A stretch of DNA of 64,000 nucleotides from NCBI RefSeq assembly GCF_018350175.1, contig NC_058383.1:29762001-29826000 (forward strand), in the 5' to 3' direction. This document shows positions 1-12,607 of this stretch, piece after piece. The DNA comes from Felis catus. Its lineage: Eukaryota. The translations under genes were made by a program, and so were the position numbers. The notes beneath the pieces are model-generated. The model worked only from the letters and a program-made list of their open reading frames with translations. It did no database searches and had not been told where the DNA came from. The stretch's first letter is position 1. The number at the start of each line of letters is the position of its first letter.

Positions 1-436
1 TTTGCTCCTGAGTGGGTGCTGTGGGTTCAGGCAATCTAATTTAAGGGACTCCAAGAAGACCCACTCGAGCCCCAAAATACCACCCCTCCAGACTTTGAAA
101 ATGTCAGCTTTAGCGTCTGTCCCTACACATCCATCACATCTTTCCACAACTTCCTGTGAGGGGGCAACACGTTAAGTCTGTGCCGCTGCCACGTGGGTGG
201 TTTCCTCTGGGCAGCTTTTCCCCCTGACTGTGTATAGGGGGCGATGGGGGGAGGCACCCAAGCCAAGAGATGCAGGGGAGTGGCCGTCACTGCTTGTGGC
301 CCTTGGAAACTCCTTCAGCTGCCTCTGGGTTTCTTTGACCACACCAATATGTATAACCAGGGCTGGTGTTTCAACAAGTTGGAGGAATACGCAAGGTTGT
401 ATTCCTTTTACCATTCAACGTTTTAAAAGCGGGGAA

Positions 437-615
437 TTCCGACTTCAGGTCACGATCTCACGGTCCGTGAGTTCGAGCCCCGCGCCGGGCTCTGGGCTGA
501 TGATGGCCCAGAGCCTGGGGCCTGCTTCCGATTCTGTGTCTCCCTCTCTCTCTGACCCTCCCCCGTTCATGCTCTGCCTCTCTCTCTCTCAAAAATAAAT
601 AAACATTAAAAAAAA
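437..615 (+). mobile_element. Can-SINE (SINEC_Fc-like), 5'-truncated
   Basis: B box GTTCGAGCCC, (CT)n tract, A tail; lacks GGGGCGCCTGGGTGGCTCAG head; perfect TSD AAAAGCGGGGAA at 425-436 and 616-627. Confidence 0.95.
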
Positions 616-639
616 AAAAGCGGGGAAGTGGTAGCTAGC

Positions 640-790
640 CGCAGTGGATTCGCATCCCAGCTCTGCCATTTGTGAGCTCTGTGACCCTGGATCATTTACT
701 GAACCCCTTCCACCTCTGATTCCGTATGTGTAAATACATAAGCTCCTACGCCCTAGGCTTATTGGAATGATTAAGTTAGAAGTACACAGA
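640..790 (+). mobile_element. MIR fragment
   Basis: MIR core-like cccagctctgccatttgtgagctctgtgaccctgg. Confidence 0.7.
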
Positions 791-793
791 ACA

Positions 794-993
794 GGGGTGC
801 CTGGGTGGCCCAGTTGGTTAAACATCTGACTTTGGCTCAGATCACGATCTCGCGGTTCATGAGTTCGAGCCCTGCATTGGGATCTGTGCTGTCAACGCAG
901 AGCCTGCTTTGGATCCTCTGTCTCCCTGTCTCTCTGCCCCTCCCCTGCTCACATGCTCTCTCTCTCAAAAATAAATAAGCATTAAAAAAAAAA
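794..993 (+). mobile_element. Can-SINE
   Basis: Head with A/B boxes, CT tract, A tail; AAGTACACA on both flanks. Confidence 0.95.
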
Positions 994-1059
994 AGTACAC
1001 ATGATAACACACCCTTTCTATCCTAGTGCTTGCACATATATGCAGAGAAGCCATTACAA

Positions 1060-1955
1060 CCTTCCAGTAATGGAGGGCAAAGCAAAGAGCTTCTAGTAGC
1101 AAAGTGGGAACACTTTGAGCCACAAAGTAAATTAGTATTGGACTGTCACCCAGAGTATAAAATAATTATCCACGAGTCCACACTACAGTAAATTAGTGAT
1201 TGAACAAGTAAATACATGGGGAATAGAGACAAATGTCCTGTACGGAAGAATTCCAAATAGTTTATGTAGAGACTCTATCCTTAAGGAGGGAGGAGCACCG
1301 CTGCCCACTCCTTAAGTGTGGGTTGCACACAGAGAGTTCCTTGCAGGGAGGACAGTATAAAAGGCAGACAGTTAGTGTGCAGTGGAGAAATTTGACAAAG
1401 ACCACCTCAGTCAGATGATCAAGGTTAAGATCAACAGTGATACATCATGTAGATACCATTTGCCCTTGATATGAGGTGATGAAAATGGTGTTTATCTCTG
1501 TGGTCTTCCTCCCCCAATATCTAAAACCCCAACCTAATCGTGAGAAAAACACCAGACAATTCCCTAGAGAGGGGAATCCTACAAAATACGTGACCATTAC
1601 TCCTCAAAACTGTCGAGGTCATCAAAAACAAAGAATGTCTGAGAAATTGTCATAGCCAAGAGGAGTCTAAGGAGACATTGACTAAGTGTGACATGGTACC
1701 CTGGATGGGAAAGTGGGACAAAAAAACAAAAAACAAAACCCAAAGTAGGTGAAAATTAAGGAAATCTGAAAAAACTGTGGACTTTGGTTGTTAGTAATGT
1801 ATCCATATTAGTTGGTTAACTGTAATAAATTACCAAACTAATCTAAGATGCTAGTAATAGGGGGGCACTTGGTTCAGGGTGTATGGGGATTCTTTGTGTC
1901 GTCTTCTTGAATTTTCCATCAGTCTAAACATTTTCTGAAGAATAAAGTATTTTTA
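1060..1955 (+). mobile_element. Old L1 3' UTR (L1MC-like)
   Basis: Resembles L1MC 3' end (ctcctcaaaactgtcgaggtcatcaaaaacaa; ends with aataaa). Confidence 0.75.
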
Positions 1956-2524
1956 AAGTTATTATCATCATTATTATTTGTTCTCTGGAGTTCTATCTCC
2001 TGTGAAAATGTTAAGGCTTCAGGAGGACCCATTAAATCCAAGATATCAGTCCCAGTCGCTAGTGCCCTTGTTAGCCACGAAGTGCTGTTCTTTCTGGTTG
2101 TGGCTAGTGTGGCCCCCACGTGGTACAGCTCGGGTGACCTAGCTGAGCTCTGGCTAGATGCCCGTCTAGGAGAATACACATGAACTCCGAAAACGGTAAC
2201 TGAGCAGCATGACGGCACCTGTGTCCACTAAGGAAAAGTGTTTTAGGCAAACAAGCTTCCATCCCAGGCTAAATCGATCATTTCTTTCTCTGACTGTATA
2301 CATCTTGGCTGAATCACTCAATGCATTGGATTTTCATTATTCATCTTCTCTGCCCATCTGTGGACTCCCCGGTGGAAGAGAGTTTTCTCATTTATCTTTG
2401 TACTTCCAGCTACACCTAACACCAATGACTCAAAAATTGATGATTGAGTGCAAGGCCAGACGCCAGTGTTCAAACGTGCAAGGCTGCAACCCGCTTTGAT
2501 TGCCTGCGCCCAAAGAGGAGAGAT

Positions 2525-3090
2525 GGTGGGACAGATTGTGTTTTCCAAAGATGCTGCAGCAACAGCTCTCCTCCCATTTGCTCTTCTTTCGGTGTGACCT
2601 TCATGATCCTCAGGGCATGGGGATGTCTCTACCCCCATCCCCTCGAAATGGGTGGGTCTTTGTGACAACCTTGACCAATAGCATATTGCAGAAGTGATGC
2701 GTGTGAGTTCTGAGGTCCCGTCATCAAAATTTCACATACTTCTCTGTCTTGCTCTCTTGGAATGTTCACCTTCGGAACCCAGCCACCATGTTGTGAGCAC
2801 ACCCAAGTAAGGGGTGGGAGAGATACCCATGGAGAGGAAATGAGGTCCTGGCTGGCTCATATCCTCAGCTGAGCTTCTAGCTGACAGCCAGCCTCAACTT
2901 GCCAGCCATCTTGGAAATGGATTCTCCAGCTCCCAACCAAGCTACTCCAGCTGATGGCATGTGGAACAGAGATGAGCCATCCCGTCATGGCTCGTCGAAT
3001 TTGTAGATTCATGAGTCTAGCCAGTAGCTATTGTTGTTCTAAGCCCCTCTGTTTTGGAGGGTGTTACGCAGGAATAACTAACAGGAACGG
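2525..3090 (+). mobile_element. MaLR LTR (MLT1G/H-like)
   Basis: gaacccagccaccatgttgtgag and ctagctgacagccagcctcaacttgccagccat blocks; MLT1-type 3' end. Confidence 0.75.
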
Positions 3091-3294
3091 ATGGACAAAC
3101 AAAATCCTCAGGTGATTTAAAATAAGGCTTGTGGCTTATTTTACTTTCCTTCCCATTTCATGCAAAAAGCCTTCTGACCCTGGGGTTTATTTTTACCATC
3201 AATGGGATTGACTGGGAGGGATAGAACCACATTTGGAAGAGAGTAACCACAAGGATCTCAAAAATGATAATTGATGCATTTATCGGTCAATTAT

Positions 3295-3470
3295 TTCAGC
3301 AATTATTTGAGTGCCTTTTGTGGCCCAAGCCCCTGGCTAAGTGGTGGGATATGTCGGTGAATAAGCCAGACATGGTCCGCTGTCTTTACGAAGCTTAACA
3401 TGCTAGTGAGGAATCCAAATAAACAATCAAATAATTATTTTAAATTAGTAATTACTTTAGTCACTGTGGT
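3295..3470 (-). mobile_element. L2 3' fragment
   Basis: ttatttgagtgcc...gtgaataagccagacatggtcc typical of antisense L2 end. Confidence 0.65.
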
Positions 3471-3836
3471 TGAAAGAACTAAAGAGTATCCTAGAGAATA
3501 GCTTCTCCAAGTGTCTAAGGATCATGCTGTGATTCATTCGCATGGCTTGGGCTTCCTTATGGTATGGTGACTGGGAGACTTCTCAGTTCATATCAGTGTG
3601 GTTCTGGGGGATGCTTTTCTACTCACCCATCCACAGGTGAGCTCCCAGAATCATCTGTAATAGGTGACTCTGTCCCTTGGCCAGAGGTGACTAGCCCAGG
3701 GGCAGACACTTGACTCAGGTAGAGCCAATTACTTTCTTGGAGGTGTGGATAAGGCTTATTAATGGTAGTGCTAGAGATGAAGGTCTGGAAAAAATGGTCC
3801 TGATCTTGCTTGATTCCTGCATTTTCTGAGCCTGAT

Positions 3837-4092
3837 TCTCCTCCTTTTCCTTCCATTTCCCCAACTCTTCCTTCTGCCTTTCCTCCTCCTCCTCCTCCTT
3901 CTCCTCCTCCTCCTCCTCCTCCTCCTCCTCTTCCTCCTCCTCCTCCTTCACCTCCTCCTCCTTCTCCTCCTCCTTCACCTCCTTCTCCTCCTCCTCCTCC
4001 TCCTCCTCCTCCTCCTCCTCCTCCTTCTCCTCCTCCTCCTCCTCCCCCTCCTCCTCTCTTTCCTATTCCTCTTCTCTCTCCTCCTCCTCCTT
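3837..4092. repeat. (CCT)n imperfect trinucleotide / polypyrimidine tract
   Basis: About 250 bp of CCT units with CTT variants, read directly. Confidence 0.98.
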
Positions 4093-4219
4093 GATTTAAT
4101 CAGACACTCCAAGATCTTTCCAATTAATTTCCTTTAATGCTAAAGCTTCTTAGAGTTCTTTTTCTTCTTCTTTTTTTAACTCACAATAAAACCCAACTTT
4201 CAACTATTACAAAGTACAA

Positions 4220-4440
4220 GAGGGATTATTTCTGTCTTTTAAGACTCCCAAAGGATAGAACTATAAGACTAAGGAGCAGAAGCCACAGTGGGAGAAATCT
4301 CAGCTGAATACACACAAGAACTTTCTAAGGGCTGGTGGTAGACACACAGAATGCAGGATTGTGAGCTTCATATCCTCGGAGGTTTCCAAACAAAGGCTGG
4401 GCATTCACTTAGATATAATGTCATCAAGAGGATTTAAGCA
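4220..4440 (+). mobile_element. L3/CR1 LINE 3' fragment
   Basis: aagaactttctaa...gtgagcttcatatcctcggaggtttccaaacaaaggctgg resembles L3 consensus. Confidence 0.65.
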
Positions 4441-4462
4441 TTGACTCCAGGATCTGGCTGGT

Positions 4463-4475
4463 TGATGATGATGAC

Positions 4476-4511
<36 letters not shown>
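4463..4511. repeat. (GAT)n microsatellite
   Basis: About 16 units with one GAC interruption. Confidence 0.98.
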
Positions 4512-4514
4512 CGC

Positions 4515-4620
4515 AGCTAACAGTTTTGTGCACTTACTGTTTTCCAGGCACCATAATAAGTGTTTAATGTTCATGATCTCACTTAATCTTCACAAGATCA
4601 TTCATCCTAATGAGGCAGAT
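4515..4620 (-). mobile_element. MIR fragment
   Basis: cacttactg...atctcacttaatcttcacaa antisense MIR. Confidence 0.65.
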
Positions 4621-6120
4621 TTAGACTCCCACCATGAGAACCCAGGAAGTATGCTCTTTAGTCTTAGGTTGAAACTTATTCCACTCCAGCCCCCAAGGCT
4701 CATAGGACTTCGGCTCCTTTTCCTTACTCCACATTCCAGACATGTCCCCGAGTAAAAAGAGGGAGAGCAAATACTTTGGATCATTGGGCCCTGAGTAATA
4801 CAGAATACTTCATATGAAAGAAAATTGAGGCATCAAGGACACACTAGACTCAGAACATGGTCAAAACAAATGGCCCTCCGTGCACAGCGAGCCCAGTACA
4901 GGTGGGACAGCTCACTAAATCTATCCACCTGTGGGTCTGGGCATGTGATTCTTTTCTTCTTTTGTTACTCCTTCCAGGTTGAACATTTACCTGGATCATT
5001 TCTACTCTTCCGTTCTGAGCTACGTTAGCTTTATGATAATTACTATTGTTGTTTTGTTTATCTTTGAAATGCAGGGCCTCCCTCCCCATTCGGAATGATT
5101 CATTCCGTGATGGATATTGCTACTGACAAAGGGTGTGTTTGTGTGGGGGGAGAAGATTTGAATTGCCAATAGTCTGTTTGATGACTGTTTCCCAGAAGCA
5201 GGCATGATTAAATTCAGCAGAAGTTTCTTTTAGAAATGTGCCTTAAAAAAAAAAAATCCCCAAACTCTACCTGATCATTTATCATTATTTTAAATCGTAG
5301 GGAAAATTGAAGGTTCCTATCATTTCCTTAATTGAATAAAGGAGACAGACTCGGAGGGATCCTACTGAATGCTGAACAGACTCCAAGCTCCTAATTAGAG
5401 CATTTACCTGCAGAGTTCCCTCTGCAGAGGTGGCTCAGAGCCCTGCTTCTCTCCCCACCTGTTTCTGACATGCCTCTGCGTGCCTAGCAGGTTAATGCTG
5501 AGGCCAACCCAATGTGTGCTTCTTTAGGAGAATATTTAAGCCCATTCCTGTTGCGGAGGGAACAGCAGATCAGAAAATCTTTTGAGCTTTTCTTAAGCCT
5601 ATTATGATGTTTCCAAGGAGATGTAGTCCAGCAGAAGGCAAGGGATGGCCATTGTCTGTTGTTGGGACCTTGTTTACTGAACCGGGTTTGGAAACTCATT
5701 TCTTTATTATTCACCTCCACTTCCCAGACCAGGTGGTGCTGCTTGAGTTCGGGAAGGAATTGTATGCCTTCCATGTGTCATGTTTCTGAAACTCCCAGCC
5801 TCATGGCCCTCAAATAGGCTACTTCAGATTAAGAGAAATGTGTTAAGTTCTCTGCTCGCTCATCCTATACACACCTGGCCCCTTAAACTTCAGATGGAGT
5901 TTGGAGTCCAGACAGGGGATGGTGCATACATTTGGGGACCCCTGGATGGTGCTGATAATAATAGCTAAAGTGTATTGAGTGCATTGAGTATATATATTAA
6001 CTATATGCTGGGCACTGTGTTGGGGAGGGGAGAGCACAGGCTAATATTGTGCTTCTATTGTTCACAGAGAAGACAAAACTGGGGGTCTCTTCATCCCCAA
6101 ACCGTCAAGAATTTTCTCTA

Positions 6121-6327
6121 AAATGTTTATTTATTTTATTTATTTTTTGAGAGAGACAGCAAGACTGGGGGACGGGCAGAGAGAGAGAGGGGCACAGAGA
6201 TCTGAAGCAGGCTCAGCGCTGACAGGCTGACAGCCTCAAGCCCGATGTGGGGCTCGAACTCATGAACTGTGAGATCATGACCCGAGCCAAAGTCGGACGC
6301 TCAACCGACAGAGCCACCCTGGTGCTC
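6121..6327 (-). mobile_element. Can-SINE
   Basis: Antisense SINE body; TSD CAAGAATYTTCTCYA at 6106-6120 and 6328-6342. Confidence 0.95.
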
Positions 6328-6561
6328 CAAGAATCTTCTCCAACCATAGAGAATAACATTGTGAATACTACAATTCTGGTTACATTTTCTGCATCTGTGG
6401 GGCAACTCAGGGTGACTGTTTTTAGGACTATGGAAACCTTGAAGTAGCAGACAAACAAAACGATAAAGTCTATGACCTTGGGGACCTATCTGTTTTTTTG
6501 TTTTGTTTTGTTTTTTGCTCACTGTTGATTTCCAAATCCTAACAGAGCCTTTCATATGGCA

Positions 6562-6760
6562 CAGGAGTCTGCAAACTTTTTTTCTGGAAAGAGCTAGACG
6601 GCAAATACTTTAGACTTTGTGGGCCATGTGGTCTTTCCCGCAACTCTGTGGCACAAAAGCCGCCACAGGAAATAAGGAAAGGAAGAGACGTGGCTGTGTT
6701 TCAATAAAACTTTATTTATATAAGGAGGCTGTGGCTTGAGGACCATAGTTTGCTGATCCA
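6562..6760. mobile_element. MER58A-like hAT-Charlie MITE
   Basis: gcaaact...gtggctgtgtttcaataaaactttattta...ccatagtttgctga with terminal inverted ends. Confidence 0.8.
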
Positions 6761-7559
6761 GAGATAGCACAGAGCAGGTGCTTCACAAATATTTGTTGAA
6801 AAAATAAATCTACAGTAGGTCCGATAAATGGAATTTCAAACACAAAACCAAGCTTTATAAAAAGGTTTTAACAGTGAGTACCTGCTGATTGTAGACATTC
6901 TGGAAAATCCTAAATAGTACGTTAAGAGTAAAATAAAAATCCTAACCAAAAGATAGCCCCAGTTAATAATTTGGTGTCTTTTATTTTCTTTTAGTCATTT
7001 TTCCTATGAATGCCTTTCCTAAAACACAAGGTAAACCACTGGTAAAATTTTAACATATCACAATATGTATTTGTCCTGTTTTTATGGAAGGGGACAGACG
7101 AAACCAGCTTCCTTTGGCATGTACCACAAGGGGCATGTCTTCTGTCCAAGGGGATTAGAAGATCAGTCCAAAGTCAGCCCAATCACCTCTCTTCCTTGAT
7201 TTCCAAAAGCAGATTTCTGCCCATGATCTGAAAAATCCTAAAGTGCATTTTGGATCCTAAAGGGAGATTTAATTAAGAAGCTCAGTAGACCTTCAGCATC
7301 GAGTGCTGTGTTGCCTGTGTGTGGGGTAAGTCATTGAACCCAAACATGGCATCTCCTCTCTAGTTCTGGATGCTTGGGAGTTCCCGCAAGCATTCTATTT
7401 GCAAAGGCCAGAACATTTTGAGAATGTGTTATTTCAAAATGGGCCAAGAAGGGCTGTGATGAATAGTTGAGCCATAAGAATTAATGACTTGGTGTGATAG
7501 GGAGCCCTCAGGAATTGTTTATTTCACGGCGGGGAGAGCGATCATCTTCCAGTCACCCC

Positions 7560-7562
<3 letters not shown>

Positions 7563-7604
<42 letters not shown>
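7563..7604. repeat. (AC)21 microsatellite
   Basis: Direct read. Confidence 0.98.
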
Positions 7605-7606
<2 letters not shown>

Positions 7607-7759
7607 CATCCTGCATGTATCCTTGAGTGTGTTTGACCTGCCCTGCCCTTGTCTGATAGCCTCTGTTGCCATACACAGCCATTGCCCTGCTCATCCCATC
7701 TCTTTCCAGCACTGCCTTGTCTTTGCATAGACATAATTAGCCTTGAATTGCTCTTTTTA

Positions 7760-7866
7760 AAAAAATATTTTATTTTTAAGTAATCCCTATACCCAGTGTG
7801 TGGCTTGAACTTACAACCCAAGATCGAGAGTTGCATGTTCGACCCTCTGAGCCATCCAGGCGCCCC
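7760..7866 (-). mobile_element. Short old Can-SINE (tRNA-like head plus A tail)
   Basis: Antisense GGGGCGCCTGGATGGCTCAG head, no CT tract; ATTGCTC on both flanks. Confidence 0.85.
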
Positions 7867-8599
7867 TGCATTGCTCGTTTTTAGAAGCCAGCAAGCATGT
7901 GGTAGTTTGCAACAGTTCCAAAGCATGCTGAGAAGCATCTGATGCTCAGGAGACCTCTAGAAGTGCCAGGCAAGTGAGGGCCACCTCTTTCCAAATTCGG
8001 GAGTGGAAAACCAGTAGCAAACCTTCATGTTTTAAACCTTTTAGATCATGGATACTTGGCTCGATGGGAAGGGAGGTGGCCGAATCATGTGCACGAGGCA
8101 CATTTGATATGCGTCCATCTGGGCTCTCCCTATTCTTGACGGTGACTACACAGAATTCCACCCCCTGCCCTGAACGCCTCCTCTGTTCTCCTCAAAGACC
8201 TGTGATAGCCATTTGCCAGATATAGTGCACCATTTCCCCTTTGAGCAGCTGGATGCTCAATCTGGGGGCCTCCCTTGCACGCTGGGAGGGATGAGCACAG
8301 GGCAAGAAAGTAGGGAGGGGTAAAGTGCCCATCTTGGGCCTTGCGCTCTGGGCTCAAGCTCTGATTTATTCCACCCAACAATGCTCTTGGTAGGTGGAGC
8401 ATCTATATACTACGAAATGGGATAGGCTTTTTTTGTTGGTAATGACCACATTTTCCCCTGTTGCATCTGCCCCCTTTAAAGCACTGGGAACAGTGCCCGG
8501 TTCAAGGTAAGCACTGTGTAATTGTTAGCCATTCCTCCTTTCTTTGCTACTGTTGTTCCTATGCTCAGCAGAGCTGTGTGAGGCAGTAGGGTACCCATG

Positions 8600-8720
8600 A
8601 GCATCTGCTTGGGCCTCAGACAGACTTGCGTTCAAGTCCCAGCTCTGCTGAGCGCTCTTGGGCAAGTTATTTTCTGATTCCTCATTCGCTCCCCTGAGAA
8701 AGGAGGGTGATGCTGGAACC
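8600..8720 (+). mobile_element. MIR fragment
   Basis: gttcaagtcccagctctgc...cttgggcaagtta core. Confidence 0.7.
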
Positions 8721-9534
8721 TCCATTACGGAGTTCCCGTGAATATGCTCGAGCACAAAGGAAGATCATTCTGCAAGAACCTGGGCTGGCACAAAGATCTT
8801 TCACTCACCAGAGGTGTGTGCCAGCTAGCTCTGCCAAGCTGCGGCAAACATCTGGTCAACCATTCCTTCCATCAACGTTCACGTGTCTGTGCTGTGCCTG
8901 CTGGTATTCTGGCCACTGGGGAAGTAATTGAGAACTTCCATCCCAGTTAGGAGAAGAGTCAATGAGCTAATAGTAACAAATAAACAGGTCAATGAGCAAG
9001 AAAGGGAATAGATAATTTTAGACAAAAATGAACATTATGGAGACACTGCCCTGAGAGCGAAAGGAGGCAGATAGAAGAGGGCAACATTGACAGGGCAATC
9101 TGGAAAGAGATCTACGAGGGATGCCACATGGGCTAAGGATGACGAGAAGGACTGGCCAGGGAAAGGTTTGGGAACTGAGGACAGAGGACACAGCAGGTGC
9201 AAATCTTAAATGACTTTCTGGCTAAAGTCTCCATTAACTTCTCAGTCCAATGAGTAGCCTAACAGCACAACACTCCAGAGCCCATCAGTCTAGGGACACT
9301 CAAGTTCCAGTGTGAGACTTGAGAGCAAATCCAACTTGCGGATGAATGGTGATCTTCATAATCAGCAAGTCCTGTTTGGGCTGACATTTAATTTTGGAAA
9401 ATCCTTAAGCCCCTGATGGACTTCTGTTGAAAACCAGAACCTTGTTTCTCCCCCAGAGACAGTCTCAGGTGAGTGTGGGCACAGACAGGCCTGGGCTCTC
9501 CAGCTTCCAGCATGTGAGATAAAAAATCAGTGAG

Positions 9535-9757
9535 GGGGCGCCTGGGTGGCTCAGTCGGTTGAGTGTCCGACTTCAGCGCAGGTCATGATCTCGTGGTTTG
9601 TGAGTTCAAACCCCATGTTGGGCTCTGTGCTGACAGCTCAGAGCCTGGAGCCTGACCCAGATTCTGTGTCTCCCTCTCTCTCTGCCCCTTCCCCTCTCAT
9701 ACTCCATGTGTGTCTCTCTCTCAAAAATAAATAAACATTTAAAACAATTTTTTAAAA
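9535..9757 (+). mobile_element. Can-SINE
   Basis: Full head, B box, CT tract, AATAAA tail. Confidence 0.95.
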
Positions 9758-10497
9758 GAAATCTTTTCAATCATTATTCAGGCTTCATCCCAGGGGTCCA
9801 AGCCTCTGGGCTTGAATTGATGTAGTTAATTTTTTAGAAATAGACTGTAGAAGCATTTTATTCATTTAGCAAGCATTTGTTAAGCACCCACTGTGTGCTA
9901 GGCAATCAGCTGGGAAACGAGTGGAAAGAGAGAAAAAGACCTATTGTTTGCTCTTAAGGAGCTCATCTCATATGGGGAATTGAGTCATGGCTTTCGGCTA
10001 CTGGTTATTTGGTTTGGACCATGCTGCTTCTTATCTCTGGGCCTCAGCTCTCACCTCTACGGGACTCTGCCAGGTGACTGGTGGGGTCTCTCTGGTACCG
10101 CAGGATCAGAGGTTTACAAGGGAAGCCAAAACACGGCTGCATTACTGGAGCAAGAAAATGAATGCTAACTGATCAGCGCTAACTTGCCTATGGACTGAAA
10201 TAGGTTTGGTTTCTTAATTAAGGAGAAAAACCTTCTGCAATGCTCCCTGAGGTGAATTCTCTGGTCTTTATTTTTTAAGTAAAAAAAAAAAAAAAAGGCA
10301 TATTCTCACAACTTACTGGTAAGTTTCCCATCAAATTTCACACTGGATTTGGAAACATGGTTTTTAAGTAAATGGAAAGAGAAGCAGTGATCCTTAGGAA
10401 CCAGCATGCAAAAGCCACTGTACAAAAGCCATTCATTAATTAAATCAACAAATAGACTTTGAGGATACTTTACATGTATGTTCTTGGTACCATTTTA

Positions 10498-10892
10498 TTA
10501 TTATTATTTTTTAAATGTTTATTTATTTATTTATTTTGAGAGAGAGACTGTGTGTGTGTGTGCATACATGAGCAGGGGAGGGGCAGAGAGAGAGAGAGAA
10601 AGAGAGGGAAAGAATATAAACACTCTCTCTCAAAATAAATAAATAAACTTAAAAAAAAAGAGTTGGGGAACGCCTAGGTGGCTCAGTAAGTGAAGCGTCC
10701 GACTTCACCTCAGGTCATGATCTTGATTTGTGGTTTGTGGGTTCGAGCCCTCTGTTGGACTCTTGTGCTGATAGCTCAGAGCCTGGAGCCTGCCTCAGCT
10801 CTGTCTCTCTCTCTCTCAAGAATAAACATTAAAAATTGAAAAGAAAAAAAAAAGAGTTGGATGTTCAACCAACTGAGCCACCCAGGCTCCTC
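10498..10892 (-). mobile_element. Can-SINE (outer, interrupted, middle missing)
   Basis: Antisense tail about 10500-10615 and head 10854-10892; TSD TCYTGGTACCATTTTA at 10482-10497 and 10893-10908. Confidence 0.85.
10665..10850 (+). mobile_element. Can-SINE nested in the opposite-strand SINE
   Basis: TSD AAAAAAAAGAGTTGG at 10652-10666 and 10846-10860. Confidence 0.9.
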
Positions 10893-11276
10893 TCCTGGTA
10901 CCATTTTAGGCACTAGAAATACAGCAGTGAATAAAATTAAATCCTTTTTTTTCATTTCTCACGGTATTTACATGTAGAGGGGATGGCGGGGAAGTAGCAG
11001 ATAATAAACGAGATAAATAAGTGAACTATATAGTGACCAGGATGGTAATGAGTCATGTGGAGAAAAAGCAGGGAAGGGGAGAGTGATGCTGTGGTTTCTT
11101 GACTGGTTTTTGCTTTTCAAAAGGGTCATCAGCTGACAATGAGGAGTGACCATTTAATGATTATTGAGTCTCTTTTTGGGGGGATGAAAGTGTTTTGCAG
11201 CTACACAGAAGTGATGGCTGTATGACACTGTGAATGCACTAAATGCGATGAACTACACATATAAAAAGGGGAATTT

Positions 11277-11475
11277 GGGGCCGCCTGGGTGGCTCGGTCG
11301 GTTAAGCACCCAACTCTTTATCTCGGCTCAGGTCGTGATCTCATGGTTGTGGGATAGAGCCCCACGTCAGGCTCTGTGCTGAGCGGAACCTGCTCTGGAT
11401 TCTCTCTCTCCCTTTCTCTCTGCTTCTCACCTATGCTTGCTCTCTCCCCCGCTCTCTCAAAATAAGTAAACTTTA
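11277..11475 (+). mobile_element. Can-SINE inserted in an old L1 3' end (about 11160-11520)
   Basis: TSD AAAAAGGGGAATTT at 11263-11276 and 11476-11489. Confidence 0.93.
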
Positions 11476-11837
11476 AAAAAGGGGAATTTTATGTTATGTG
11501 AATTTTACATCGATAAAGAGTCGCTAGGGAAGGACTTGAAGAAAGAGAGGGAGTCCTTTTTTTTTTTTTTAAGACTCCATACATAAGTGAGATCATACTT
11601 ATGTTGGAAATATCTGGTAGCCCACATCTGGTAAGGTTACTGCTGAGGCAGGACTGGGGCTCTTCACCTGACCCCACTGTCATGGCCAGGGTTGCGATAA
11701 CTCTTAAGTGGAAACAGGTAGTAGACTGCCCCAGCAGAGACTCAGAGGGCTTTTCTGGGAGGAAGATGAATATTCTTACAGTCTGCACATTACCTAAAGG
11801 AATGTTTAAATTGTTGTATCCAGCTTGAGCAAATTTA

Positions 11838-11840
<3 letters not shown>

Positions 11841-11888
<48 letters not shown>
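11841..11888. repeat. (GT)24 microsatellite
   Basis: Direct read. Confidence 0.98.
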
Positions 11889-11889
<1 letters not shown>

Positions 11890-12607
11890 CCTGCTACTGA
11901 GTAGGTGGGAAGGTCGTGAGAAAGACTGGATCAGTAATAAAAGAATCTGCATTTTATCTGTATATCTGAGGGGTAATGTGTGTGAATCTGAGACCCTAAA
12001 TCAGTTTGGTATGTTCACTTTTTTATAGGCTGGAGAGCAACGAGGGTCCTCAGCTCTTATAAGTTTTTCTAACAGGTATATGGCCTGAAAAAAATTAGAA
12101 TCTCCAAGCTCCCAGCAAGTACAAGAAAATTGTTCTGTTTGCCATAAATAGAAATAGGCATGTTGGGGCTGTGGTATTCAGACTTGGCTCCTCTGAGAGG
12201 ACTAGGGAGAAGCATGGGGGGCGGTTACTTTGTTTTCATCCACCACTGACAGAGAAGTTTCTTTGGGTGACATCTGCACTCACCCAACTTCTGGAATGTA
12301 CCAACATGCTGTGCCCTTTGGACCAAGACCACTGCCAGGAAATGAGACATACAGGAACTGTGTAGGAGAGTGTTTTTGCTCCACTAAATTCCTCCTGAAT
12401 ATATTAATGCATGGGGCAAGATCAAACCATCCTACACTCTAAATATGAACTGTAAAAGTATCTTTGCACAAAGACCTGTATGCAGGTATATTGACATGAC
12501 ATTGTCATGGGAAAATATTAAATACAATCTGTTCATCTATCAGAAAGCTAGTAAAAAAAATTATGGTTCATCCAAATAATGGAATGGTAATGCACATAAT
12601 CATAATA

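Larger units (their letters stand above)
10430..11150 (-). mobile_element. L2 fragment interrupted by a SINE nest
   Basis: cattcattaattaaatcaacaaata...taggcactagaaatacagcagtgaataaaa. Confidence 0.65.

Noticed and set aside
3715..4094. Poly-Glu and poly-Pro ORFs
   Set aside because: Translations of the (CCT)n tract; no splice or codon evidence.
4441..4755. Poly-Met ORF resembling a signal peptide
   Set aside because: A (GAT)n microsatellite read into a MIR.
9546..9734. Recurring MAQSV...SAQVMIS...SLEPASDSVSPSLS peptide family
   Set aside because: A reading frame of the Can-SINE body, not a gene family.
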